A DNA stretch of 64,000 bases from Macrostomum lignano. Taxonomy: Eukaryota. A program made the translations under genes and the position numbers. The DNA lies in the NCBI GenBank assembly GCA_002269645.1, contig NIVC01000910.1:198944-262943 (forward strand), given 5' to 3'. This document shows positions 49,614 through 62,309 of this stretch, one piece after another (position 1 is the first letter of the stretch; each line of letters begins with the position of its first letter). Under the pieces are notes generated by a model that had not been told where the DNA came from, made no database searches, and saw nothing but the letters and a program-made list of their open reading frames with translations.

Positions 49614-50703
49614 ATCCTCACTTGGAGGGCACCGCCACCTTCCCAGATCCTCACATGTAGGGTCAACGGGATCCTCCCAGATCCTCACTTGCAGGGTCAA
49701 CGGCATCCTCCCAGATCCTCACTTGCAGGGTCAACGGCATCCTCCCAGATCCTCACTTGCAGGGTCAACGGCATCCTCCCAGATCCTCACTTGCAGGGTC
49801 AACGGCATCCTCCCAGATCCTCACTTGCAGGGTCAACGGCATCCTCCCAGATCCTCACTTGCAGGGTCAACGGCATCCTCCCAGATCCTCACTTGCAGGG
49901 TCAACGGCATCCTCCCAGATCCTCACTTGCAGGGTCAACGGCATCCTCCCAGATCCTCACTTGCAGGGTCAACGGCATCCTCCCAGATCCTCACTTGCAG
50001 GGTCAACGGCATCCTCCCAGATCCTCACTTGCAGGGTCAACGGCATCCTCCCAGATCCTCACTTGCAGGGTCAACGGCATCCTCCCAGATCCTCACTTGC
50101 AGGGTCAACGGCATCCTCCCAGATCCTCACTTGCAGGGTCAACGGCATCCTCCCAGATCCTCACTTGCAGGGTCAACGGCATCCTCCCAGATCCTCACTT
50201 GCAGGGTCAACGGCATCCTCCCAGATCCTCACTTGCAGGGTCAACGGCATCCTCCCAGATCCTCACTTGCAGGGTCAACGGCATCCTCCCAGATCCTCAC
50301 TTGCAGGGTCAACGGCATCCTCCCAGATCCTCACTTGCAGGGTCAACGGCATCCTCCCAGATCCTCACTTGCAGGGTCAACGGCATCCTCCCAGATCCTC
50401 ACTTGCAGGGTCAACGGCATCCTCCCAGATCCTCACTTGCAGGGTCAACGGCATCCTCCCAGATCCTCACTTGCAGGGTCAACGGCATCCTCCCAGATCC
50501 TCACTTGCAGGGTCAACGGCATCCTCCCAGATCCTCACTTGCAGGGTCAACGGCATCCTCCCAGATCCTCACTTGCAGGGTCAACGGCATCCTCCCAGAT
50601 CCTCACTTGCAGGGTCAACGGCATCCTCCCAGATCCTCACTTGGAGGGCACCGCCACCTTCCCAGATCCTCACATGCAGGGTCAACGGCATCCTCCCAGA
50701 TCC
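49614..50703 (+). repeat. 34-bp minisatellite, about 32 copies, related to family A
   Basis: Unit cagggtcaacggcatcctcccagatcctcacttg. Confidence 0.97.
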
Positions 50704-50753
50704 TGCCCCCGTCCCCGCACTACTCGAGTCTTGATAAATAATGACGGACTCAC

Positions 50754-51078
50754 ATTAGACTCTCCCGTTCGAATAATAAACTCGCCAGGACGGGCCATCT
50801 GCATCAGCATTCTGTCCGCTTCGCCCCTACTAATGCAGCCCCAATAGTAGGGCCGATTAGCCAAACCCTGGGCTTCCGCATCTGCGTCTATAAACTGCTG
50901 ACGCGGATCCCGAACCGGCTGCTGCTGCTGCTGTTGGTGATGAGGCAGAGGTGCTGATTGCTGATCCTGGTATCCCCGGTTGACCTCGGAAGCTCCTGTA
51001 GTGCCGCTTGGCGGCAGGACGCGAACATAATTCTTGGGTATTAGACCCGACTGGCCGGCAGAGTTCTTGGCCAGCCAC
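50754..51078 (-). CDS. NCK: Nck/Dock, exon 2 (end of SH3-3, linker, start of SH2)
   Basis: Acceptor gaatccag|G. (W)WLAKNSAGQSGLIPKNYVRV...ANRPYYWGCISRGEADRMLMQMARPGEFIIRTGESN. Donor AAT|gtgagt. Confidence 0.92.
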
Positions 51079-51131
51079 CTGGATTCGACAGTTAGACAGG
51101 ATGCGATGTCGACATGTTAGATCATAATCCT

Positions 51132-51622
51132 AACACCTTTTAGACAGGGTACATAGAACACCTTTTAGACAGGGTACATAGAACACCTTTTAGACAGGGT
51201 ACATAGAACACCTTTTAGACAGGGTAAATAGAACACCTTTTAGACAGGGTAGATAGAACACCTTTTAGACAGGGTACATAGAACACCTTTTAGACAGGGT
51301 ACATAGAACACCTTTTAGACAGGGTAAATAGAACACCTTTTAGACAGGGTACATAGAACACCTTTTAGACAGGGTACATAGAACACCTTTTAGACAGGGT
51401 AAATAGAACACCTTTTAGACAGGGTACATAGAACACCTTTTAGACAGGGTAAATAGAACACCTTTTAGACAGGGTAGATAGAACACCTGTTAGACAGGCC
51501 AGATTGTACACCTGCTATACAGGGTAGATAGAACACCTATTAGACAGGGAAGATGGAACACCTGTTAGGGTAGATAGAACACCTGTTAGGGTAGATGGAA
51601 CACCTGTTAGACAGGGTAGATA
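51132..51622. repeat. 25-bp minisatellite in Nck intron 1
   Basis: Unit acaccttttagacagggtacataga. Confidence 0.95.
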
Positions 51623-51667
51623 AAACGACAAAGATCCCAGAAAATTGCTACAGAATTTCAACTTTAC

Positions 51668-52707
51668 CACTCCGGGTCGTCGGCAGGCGTAGCGATAACG
51701 CGCAGGATTTCATTCTCCCGGAAGCCCATCTCCTCGGAGTGCGTGGCCGTGAATCGGTACAAAGTCTCAACTAGGAACATCGCGTCCTGGCCTGCGCTGC
51801 CTGTTGACGCCGGGACAGCTGGTCCAGCAATCGGCGCCGATGTCGATTTCGGCGCCTCGCTTACGGCTGGCACCATTTTTAGCGGCCCGGCAGGCGCGGG
51901 AACGGACGCCGAGTGCTGCTGGCCAGGCGGCGAAGACATCGATTGAATGTTTGATGCCGGCGGTGCGGCTGCCAACGCCGCTGCTACAGTTGGCGCCTCG
52001 ACAGACACGTAATTAGACGGGAACCAGCCGACGCGGTCGCTGCGCAGCTGCCGACCGCGCCACCAACCGTCGGTGCTCTCCTCCAGCACGGTGATCAGGT
52101 CGCCTTTAATCATGGACAATTCGTCGTCCTGGGCGGCCTGGTAAGCGTAGCGAGCGACGGCTACTCGGCCGCCTTCGACTGCAGGGTCGCCGCCGGCTCC
52201 GTTGACGCCTAGGAGAGGCGCCCCCGACGCCGGTGGCAGATAGTCGCCGGCTGCACTGCCGCCGCCGCCATTCGAATGAGTGCCAAAATGTGAGGCGGCA
52301 GCGGCGGCGGGCTCCAACGGTGAGCTGCCCAGGCCAAGCAGGCGGTCGCCGCCGCCGCTGCTGCCAGATTTCGGCAGGAAAGCTCCGCCGCCACCGGCAG
52401 ATGTCGTACCGTGCGGCGAACCAACAGTGCTTTGACGCTGCTGCTGTTGCTGCTGCAGTTCTTTTTTACTTTTCTTTTTAGTAAGCGTATTCTTTAAAGA
52501 GCTGAATAGGCCTTGACGAACTTTCTTCATATAGTTGCTGGGCACGTAGCCCTCTTTCCCTTCGGAATTTTGCACCTTCCACCAGTGCTGACTGTCGTCT
52601 AGCAGCATGAGCCGCTCGGATTTGCGTATAGTGAGCTCGGAGCCGTCCGTGGCCTTGTAGTCGTAGCGGGCAACCACAATTGCGCCATCGTCTGGCGCCG
52701 CAGCCAT
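51668..52707 (-). CDS. NCK: Nck/Dock, exon 1 (SH3-1, SH3-2, start of SH3-3)
   Basis: ATG 52707. VVARYDYKA..ELTIRKSERLMLLDDSQHWWKVQN..GYVPSNY; AVARYAYQAAQDDELSMIKG..DGWWRG..GWFPSNYV; VETLYRFTATHSEEMGF..DDPEW. Donor TG|gtaaag. Confidence 0.95.
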
Positions 52708-53141
52708 GATGCCAAATTTGGAGTCAGCTGTTCTGATTGACTATTTTTTAATACAACAATTGACCAGCAATTTGGCCGCCAATCCTACAGCACTACTGTT
52801 TTGTGAAACAGTCAGTCTGTTTGAGAAATTTTAAAGTTGATTACAGCAGCATGAATAATGTATAATGAACAAAATAACTGGTTCAGCTCGACCTTTCTAG
52901 TGTTATAAGTGAACTAAACAATTTATGCCTGTTTGAAAGAAATGAGGACATTATCATAATTCTTCCGAATCTATAATGGTATAGTACTTGAGACCTTTAG
53001 TAAGTGCATTTTAAAACTTTCATTTAATTAGGGATATATTGTGGAGAAAATTATGTCACAACAGCGATGCCCCAAAAAAGAATTTTGCATTTAAAATTCC
53101 ATATTTAGTGTTAACTTTTGTCGTTTGAGTGAAATTTTTAA

Positions 53142-53473
53142 CCCCCTTTTCGGACTGAAACTTTCTACTAAAAACGGGGACTAACTCTGTGGGTCCTAGC
53201 CATAGACAGACAGTACTTGCAGTCTGGTAAGAAAGAATTGACGAGATAAGAAAACTTATCGGAATAATGCTGCTGATGGATAAAAAAACCGAAAATATCC
53301 AGCTACTGGTCAAAAGATCCGACTTTCTATTGTGCATTCGTGGCTGAGAAATGTTCTTTATCTAGAGACAGGTTCAAACAGATTTTGTCCTGCCTGCACT
53401 TCTGTTCTATGATTGAACAGAAGTGCCAGATCCGGCTGAGCCTCTAGCTAAGATGCAGCCCTTCCTGCAGCAG
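53142..53473 (+). mobile_element. piggyBac-like relic (left terminus plus a transposase fragment)
   Basis: TTAA at 53138-41 is followed by CCCCCTTTTCGGAC. Fragments EIRKLIGIMLLM, PKISSYWSKD, LSRDRFKQILSCLHF and PLAKMQPFL match recalled piggyBac motifs (SRxRFxxILxxLHF, KIRPL). Frameshifted; no right terminus found. Confidence 0.65.
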
Positions 53474-55071
53474 GTAGTTTTTCTTGCAATCGACGAAATT
53501 TATTCGTCGAAGCAAATGAAATTCAGTGAAGGCAAGGTATTTGGCAATGACGCAGAAACTGATGAGCTTGCCAAAACTGTGTGCGCTTTTCTGATCAAGT
53601 TGCTGCATGGATACTTCCAGGAAGTAATTTCTCTTATTCCAAAAAGTATCCTTAGTGCTCTGGACTTGCAAAATCACCTCACTGACTGCCTTGCTCTGCT
53701 TGATCGGGTTTACCTGAAGCCAGTGGTGTGCATTGTTGACAACAATGCAGTGAATAGGAGCCTCTTTCAGGGTCTTCTATGCAAAGGCAAGCTGCAGTCA
53801 TCAATTCCGAATCTGGTGTCTAGTGAGCCGCTGTTCCTTCTCTTCGACCCTGTATACAACTTCAAGAACATCTTGAACAAATGGATTTCGCGCCAGGTGT
53901 TTTAATTTCCGGACTTCACCAACCCCCAGAATATCCAAACAGCAGATTTTCACGATTTGTACAAATTTCATGAACAAGAACTGGGCAACCAGCTCGGATC
54001 GCCTTTCAAATGAATACAAGGTCCTTGAATCCAACGAACCTGGAGAAGACTAATGTTCAGCACGCAGCCAGCATATTCAGCGAGTCTACTGTAAAAGAAG
54101 CAAAGTTCTACCATTTTTCCTCTGGCTTGGTAGCTTTCCTAACGCTCATTCTTAATATGCAGACGATCTAGAATGTCAAGACCACTAGGAAAGCGAAGGA
54201 AAAGTGGCTTCCCGACGCCGCTTCACTGGTGCTGAACGATCACCATCTCGACAAGCTGCGCCAGTTTGCCATTTCTTCCAACGTTGGGAGGATTCGAAGT
54301 TGCCCGGCTTGACTGTTCCCACTTTCCTTGCTGTTAAGTCCTGCTGTCTCACTCTTGCTGATCTTTCTGAGCACTTTTTTTTCTAGGTATTTATTTCTCT
54401 TTGTTTTTGACAGGTAAGATAGTCAGTGACTGGATCGAGCAGCGCTTTGGTTGCTACTGTCAATTTTACAGAGGCAAATATTTTGTTTCAATCTGGCAGA
54501 TCCTTCAAGCCAAGAAGAAAATTCGCGTTTCCAGCCTGCTTCAGTTTCATGGCCTTGGACTAAAAGATTAAAAAATTCTTGACCAGGCAAGTTTATCCAA
54601 GTTTTTTTAATCCACTCTTATCCATGAAGCTTCCAGGTCGCTAGCATCTTGATGCTGCTCTTACATCTAGTGACCAAAAAATTTGTTTCTATCTTGGTGG
54701 CTATGTTTCTAAAGCTCTATGTAGCCAGCTAAAGTGCACTGACTGCAAGAATCTTCTACTTACTAACAATTACTTGGAGTTTATTGCTGAAGAGGATTGT
54801 GCCAACAACTTTGCCCTGTTTCAAATGCGTGAACAAGGTGGTCTGAAGTGCCCTAGCAAATTGGTATTTTTTCTTTTGAAGGCATCCTACTTCATGTTTG
54901 GACATATGCAAGATAATGGTCTATTAATTGCTCTGGAAACTTAGTTCAAAATATTATTGAGCTTTGCCAGGACTATGTGAGTGAATCTATTAATTTTAAG
55001 ATCCTTTCAAGCCAGACTTGCAGTTGTGGAAAAGCAATGAGAAGGCAAAGAACAAGAAAGCCACAAATTGT
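53474..55071 (+). pseudogene. Degenerate P-element/THAP9-like transposase
   Basis: LAIDEI, CIVDNNAVNRSLF, LFDPVYNFKNILN, LNPTNLEKTNVQHAASIFSES, DWIEQRFG, FYLGGYV..CTDC and GGLKCPS occur in the order expected for P/THAP9 transposases. Multiple stops and frameshifts. Confidence 0.75.
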
Positions 55072-58000
55072 AAGGTATAATTATAGGTAAGGTATTTGTT
55101 GTATAATTTGTAATTTCAGCTTTTTATTTTTTAAATAAACATGTACCAATTTATACACATCTATATAAATGCACTGAAATAAGTGGGCTCTTGGGTAGTC
55201 TAGGGAAGAAAAACAAGACCCAACTTGTATAGGCAGAATTTCAGTGTTGCTTCCTAGTAAGCAAAGCAAACAAAGAGGCTTCCCTAAAATATCCCATTGT
55301 CTTAAGTATTTAAGTCACAACATTCAAAATGAGCTAAGTTAATGAGCCATTAGGTATTACAAGAGCTCACAATAGTCCACAATATAATAGATGCCAAATA
55401 ATTTTGAATCCTTGCAGACATAACAATAGACTATATAGGTTTCAAGTAAAGATTCCTACCATTTCCAAGTAGGCCTTGGCAATAGATTTTCGAACTGGCA
55501 ATGCTTATCCTCATAGTACACTGATTAACATTTTAGATAGTGCATACCTTTATTGTTATTCTAGCTTTGGTTTATGATGTGCCACAATCCTATCTAATTG
55601 ACCTAATTATAGGGTTGACATAATCCTTAGCAAAGACCAATCAAAGCTGACTAAAGGTTTATTGAAAAAACTGAAAACAATAAGTTTATCCTATATTGTA
55701 TTGTACATATATATATATATATATATACCAGTGCCTATAATATGTCTTTATAATACCTTAATAATTCATTTGCTAGTGCCTATAATAGAATGTTTGTTAA
55801 TAGATCATTGTAACTTTGCTTATCCTATTATACACGCGAAAATTGCTTTAACTACAGTAAAATTGAATTAGCGCGAAAACTAAGAAACACTATTCTACTT
55901 TGTTTTAAATAGCAAATTATAAATGGTAAATAATTTTTGTTATAACCTAGCCTTCCCGAATCCTATATATACAAGTGAATTTTGCCTAAATAAAAGTAAC
56001 CTTTTCTTGCACTTGAAATACTTGTGCACTAAAATATTGGTTTGTTCTATATTCTCAGATAAACTTTGAAATCTTATTAAGTTAGTTATTTTAAGGAAAA
56101 AGGGAGTAACAATGCTCAGAAACTTACTAAAAGAAGGGATTGGGAAAATATACAAAGGGAAATTCAGAGAGTTGTGCTGTGACCCTCTAATCCCGGTGAA
56201 CGCCTGACTAGGACAATCTGATAAGTTCATGTACGAGTACTAGACCACTCAGGCCATACATAAGATGCTACCAGACTAATACATCAGATGCTACCAGACT
56301 AATACATAAAACGCTACCAGGATATTCAAATGAAATTCTAAGAAACAGTTAAGGAGTGAAAATAGAAGTGCAATTAGGATAGACTTTAAATTGGTAGATA
56401 GGAACAACACCTGTACAACTTTGGTGGCAGCTCATAGGAGATTTAATAAACACTAGCATCAGTAGTTAGGAGTTTAGAAAGAAAGAGCCAAAAGGCCTGT
56501 CATTTGGTGGCAATTAGTGGGATTGTTTATAAAGACAGAGGGATAACCCCTGTCACATATGCACTTGCATTTTTTCAAAGTATCAGTGCCTAGCTGCTTT
56601 TTATATATATATAATGAACATTTGTGATTGTGATTTTATATTTTAAATGCTGATTCATAGAATTCAAGCTGCACTTACATTCTTACTTGCTGTATAGCTA
56701 TTTGCTCTAGCTAGTTTTGCAACTGCTTACTTTGTAGCATCTTAATCAGTGAGATGTTAGAAGCTGTGGCATATTTGTTTGCAAATTTATAGCTACATTT
56801 CTAGAATTGCAATCAGATCAAAAATTGATCTTTTGCCAACAACTATACCCTCTAAGAGGCAAAAAATCTAGCATTGGCTGTTAGACAATCCAGATAATAT
56901 TGATAACTTGTGCTTTAAATGTGGCAAGATATTGTTGCCATTTTGAATTTCTAGCCTAGAAAATTGGATATGCAATAATTTGAATCATTATGTAATATTT
57001 ATGTTGTAGTTGCTATGCAATAATTATGACTGATAAGGACTGATTATTTGACTAAAAACTATATAAAGCTTTTTTGTGCAGACATGTTCAAACTGCTATC
57101 AACCACTATCAAAACAAATGCTTTGTACATTTCTTTTAATGGGTATTAATCTAGACATTAAAAAAATTGCATGAACAAATGGTTGTTTGATAGCAATATG
57201 AATAAGCCCTAAATCCTGTAACTTTGCTATTTTTTAACAGGTCAATTGCAATCATTGTAAGAAGTGGTTTTACATAGGGTATATTGGCTATCCTGATGAT
57301 CTAAGACCAATATAGTATTGAAATATAAGAACTAATTAAATGTATTTTAACTAATCTATTAATATTATAATTTCTAGAAGAGTCATATATATATGCACCA
57401 AGACATCTTGTAATTGACTAAATATTATATACATTAGAATGTGAGTTAGCAACTAGCAATTTAAAATTATAGAGTCTACTTTTTTTCATTAATTAATTTA
57501 AATATCAAATTTTAATATATATATATGTTTTGCTTAATATTCTTTACTTTCAAATTTATCACAAAATTAATATGTTAGTTTAAACAAATTATATAGTTAA
57601 CTAATAAATTTAATTTAATCATATATAGAAATATACTATTTAAGATGTTAATTATTTAAATAATTATTACTAAATTTAATTACCATCATAGAAACATAGT
57701 ATTACTATATTAATAGGCCTAGTTGTAAATCTGCTTTGTTACCAAAGTGGGTATTATGAAATGGATTGTATTTATTCATATAAATTTATTATCATTAACA
57801 ATATATGCTAACAGGAAAGGTGTTAATATTTTTATTTTGTTATATTCCTATTTAAAACTAATTTAGGGCCTACAATATTTTGTACAAAATAATGCAAAAA
57901 ATACAAACACAAATATAGAAATATCTGCATTACATTTGCCATTATTGGTTAGTTAGTATTCTAGGCCTAGTTAGTAGTATTCTTGGCAATCTTTTGGTTT

Positions 58001-59666
58001 CCCACTTTAAATTATTTTAGGCCTAATGCTTTTATCAAACTTTTTAGCTATTGCTAGTATGGCTGGTTGACCTCCTGCGCCACAGACCATTGTCACAGCC
58101 ATCAAAGTCCTCAACAGCATAGTTCTAAATGACATTGATCATTGATGTCAATCATTGAGGACTGGTTGCATTGGTGCCCAATGTTGTCGAGGCGATGCAT
58201 TGGATGGTAAGGCACCACCTGCTTGCCAATAGCAGGAATTGCAAGACCTGTTAGGCCCTAGGCCTACATTACTATGTCACTTCAGCGATGTCTTGGCGAG
58301 GACTCCATCGATGGCTGGCGCTGGTCCTACAAGCAGTGCAGTACAAACTTATTTGAACATACGCTTCTGCTTCGCCAGGGTGCACACAACCCCCCTGCCT
58401 CTAATAAAAATAAAAATGCTTCTGCTTCCATGCTTCTCAGCTCTGAAAAGTTTGAAAAAAGTGTTAAAATAGGGCCTAATTTAGATCATGAAACCAAAAG
58501 ATCACCGTATTCTTAATCTTATCAAGATAATCAAATAATTACAATTTCAAAATGGTTAAATGTCAATGCCAATGTAACTGCAATCATGACATTTTTATTT
58601 TAGACCAAACTATCAGTATAGCCAGATCTATAATTTATATATAGTATATCAATAAGATACAAAGCTTTTCATAGGCCCTAGCCTATATGGCTATATGTCT
58701 AGCAATGGCTAAAAAGCCTATAGCTATAGCGACATTTTTAAATATTACTAGGGGCCTACTGTGTTGGATTCCTTGACTTGTTTAAGCCTTAGGCCTAACG
58801 TTTACTATTTCATACAAGTTTCTTACAATACTTATTGAATATTATTTCCGTTAGAGTTTCCTTAGAAGACGTCAGCCACGTACGTCTCTTTGGCAAATCA
58901 TCCAATGCATGAATGCATGATGGTTCCGAACTTCCGAAGTCCAGTGCAGCATCGGTCCGAATCAGAGGTTCCATCCATCCGGGGGCCCTCCAGATCCAGG
59001 GTTCCAGCGTTTATAGTTTACGGACTATTTCTACAAAAAAGGTTTAATTTTTTTCAAATACTTTAAAAACTAGAGTTTTTGGTTCTAATTTTGTAAATGT
59101 TTTACATAGGACTAAAACATCGTTTTTTAGCTATGATTTTGTAACTTTGTTTTACGTGATTCGACAAACATTTTTAAAAATCGGTTCTCGTGTCTGATTT
59201 TTCATTTAACAAGCTGTACTCTGTACATGCCGCGCGCTTTATTTTTTTCTTGATTTTCTTGATTAACAAGGATCTATTAACCTTACTGTTACCGTTTGCT
59301 TCACTAACAGCCTAATTTTTAACTGTATTTTTTTTCATCTGACGATTATTTTGATTTATCAAAATAGTGCCGTTTATGCTCCGTTAGGCCTTAGGTTTTA
59401 AGTGATCAAAGGAAATTAAACTTTCTTGTCTGTATTGACTATTACCCTAGAACTAGGCCTACGGCTGCAACACTAGGCCTCTATTGACGAACATTTTTGT
59501 ACCAAACTTCTACTGGTCTTATTTTTAGATGTAAAGTGTAAAGTTTTAATCTTGTTTCTTAGTTACCACACTCAGCAGTTATAAAAATGAGTTAAATTTT
59601 AAATGTGTATATTAATAACTTAACACGAAGCATTTGATATTTAAATCTATCTTTGTTTATGTCCAA

Positions 59667-59806
59667 ATGAATAGATTTTTAAGCACCCAGTCTCATAGTC
59701 AGTGTGCTAATGCCACTAACTTTATTGATAAGTCAAATTCAAGTTTAAAAGCTAATATCAACGGATCTTTTGCTGATATGTATCAAGTATTTGAAATTGT
59801 TGGACG
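59667..59806 (+). CDS. CASK: CASK (CaMK-domain MAGUK), first coding exon
   Basis: MNRFLSTQSHSQCANATNFIDKSNSSLKANINGSFADMYQVFEIVG-R parallels LFEDVYELCEVIGK. Donor CG|gtaaga in phase 2 fits the next exon. Start codon choice is uncertain. Confidence 0.7.
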
Positions 59807-61180
59807 GTAAGAATTTTTATCAAAACTTTATCAAACATTTTTTCAAGTTGAACTTTAAGTGCACTAGGGTCTAAAAAAAGTATATTATACATAGTAGGGC
59901 CTAATTCTTTTATTTGCTATTATAGACTCTTTTTCTACTTGAGCCTTTGTGCAAAAGTATAATAAAAAATAATTAGGGCCTATGCTAGATTGTAATTTAC
60001 AAAAAAATTTAATCTCCCATCTTTTACTAGCAATTTATTATCTTTTTGTGGGCTTATAAACAAATCAACTTTTTCTAGTAAATAAATAAGAATAAGTCCT
60101 AGTTCTGTAGTCCTAGGCCCTTAAAGAAAAACTTAAATAAATATGTAATTTATGTGTTTGACAATAAATTATATAAGTGGCATATTATATCTTTACAATA
60201 CTTTTATATGTAGCAAAAATAAATAAGTGCTGACTTAATATATACCTTGTAGGCCTAAAAATTTTCATAGTAGACAAAATAACTTTTTATGATAATTAGC
60301 AGATTATAAAAGGCTGAAAAACATAGCAGTCTAATTCTTTATCAACTTAACCAATTACTAAATTTCAGCTTAATTATAATATACATAATTTTTGGTCAAA
60401 AATTAAGATTATATAGACCTACTCTTATTAATTTTATAATAGTATTTACATAATAGTATCCTACAATATATGGTTAATTGTTGTTTTCATTGAATTTTTG
60501 AAGCTCAATTATTTAATACATTTTTATAGATAATTATATAATCATGCAATAAAACTAATAAGCATTATGACCTATGAATTATTTATGTATAAGCCCCTGA
60601 TTTATATTGGCCATGTCACTTACTTTTTGACCAAAAATGCAACTTACCTATAAAAGAAAAGCTAAAGCAAAATTAATGCAATTTTAGGTAAATCACAAGA
60701 GTAACTATGACTGTCTTAAAAAAACTAAAGGCCTCAGCATCTAAGTAACACTTTGTCTGTATTATTTGGGTAGGCATTTTTGTGACTTGTGGTAAAGTGC
60801 TTTGCTTCAAAAGTGAAATAAACAGGAAGCTGTTTAGAAAGAAATAGAAAGCTAATATAGGCAAAAATATAGTAAATGTTGATTTTAAGCTTTCTGTTCA
60901 TTTTTTGCAACTTTCCTTGGCTGGGCCCCTCGCCAGCTAACTAGATCAGCTAGGTGTTATATATGTATGCTAAGAGTTATCAATTATTATTAAAAGTAAA
61001 CATATATAAATATAGTATGGTTTCTAATCAATATAAAATAGATTTATCCAGATGCAGTTTTTAATTGTAAAATGAAAATTTTATTCCATTGCATATACTT
61101 TTCCTTTGAAGGTAGCTTATCAGTTATAATTTTGAAAATCATTTGTAAGCTAGAATGGTTAATTTTGCTTTTAATTTTAG

Positions 61181-61293
61181 GGGTCCATTCAGCACTTTAA
61201 GAAGATGTCTTCACAAGCAGACACAGAAGCAATTTGCTGTGAAAATCGTTGACATAGCAAAGTTTACGTCTAATCCTGGATTAACTTTGGAAG
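61181..61293 (+). CDS. CASK: CASK exon 2
   Basis: [37 protein letters not shown], compared with [36 protein letters not shown]. Boundaries ttttag|G and G|gtatgg. Confidence 0.93.
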
Positions 61294-61450
61294 GTATGGT
61301 TATTTGACTTATGCAATATTATAATTGCTTTATATTAGTAGCAACTTATGTTATGGCATACACAGGCATGGTGCATGGAAAAAATTTGCCCGAGGCAAGA
61401 TCTTGGCATCTGTGTCAATACTATTGCTGACTAATCTGTCTAATCCACAG

Positions 61451-61556
61451 ATCTGAATCGCGAAGTCGAAATCTGCCGCCAGTTGAAGCATAGCCACATT
61501 GTTGAGCTATGCGAAACGCACAGCTCTGATGGAAAGCTGTACATGATCTTCGAGTA
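61451..61556 (+). CDS. CASK: CASK exon 3 (gene continues past the window)
   Basis: [36 protein letters not shown], compared with [36 protein letters not shown]. Boundaries ccacag|AT and TA|gtgagt. Confidence 0.93.
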
Positions 61557-62309
61557 GTGAGTACTTTTATGCCTTCTGTGTTTTATAGTCGCCCATCTGT
61601 TTACTAGAGCTGAAGCTGTACTTCAAGACGGGATACAGCACAAACATTTCGCATCGTTGAAAAGTCAATCGATGACGTTGACAAGCTTGAAACTTTTTGA
61701 ATTGTCAAAAAATCATATTGCTAGCCACTTTCGCTAACTCATAAGTTGATCAAGTTTATTGATGCGAAATTTTGAGCTTGTAAACTGTCGATCATTTGTC
61801 AACTCCACTCCAGTAGCTAATTCAATCATCATTAACCTTGATCGACAATTAAAAACTGTCAGAATTGATGACTAATTGAATAAATATTTTAGTCTTTTTT
61901 AGCTCATCTTTTCCAACTTTCTTAGTTTAGTTTTACGGTTCATATAGTCTAATTCCGATTAGATCTTTAGGAAAATAATCCATTTGTACTTTAACGTTAA
62001 GAAGCACCATTCTTTGTATTCGTGAGACCACGGTCCACAATGCTGAGCACTACTCATATTCAATTTGCAAAGTATTATTTGTCGGCCGTATAAGTTTAGG
62101 GCGCTCACAGTCGCTTATTGTGCTTCAGGCGTGCTTGCCCTTGTTTTTGAAACACTGTCGTACACATTTTTATTATTCTCAAAATTCTGAATGACTTGTG
62201 CTGCTACAATCTGCGCATTTGCTGTTACTTTAATGATTTTCAACATTTAGTCTTTCTCTCCTAGGACTGAGTTTCTTCGTAGCTATATGATAGTTATGCA
62301 TTTTAAGCG

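Noticed and set aside
17541-50847. Long repetitive ORFs (PQLLGQPPRSSVAG.., CRFTHRI.., SPKSGMF.., MKSREFY.., HPKWHQS.., THFSAAG.., QGQRHPPRSS..) as proteins
   Set aside because: They are translations of tandem repeats, open in several frames and on both strands, and lie within introns defined by clean GT-AG boundaries.
16404-51622. CRISPR-like arrays
   Set aside because: Units are head-to-tail with no unique spacers, the context is eukaryotic, and there are no cas genes.
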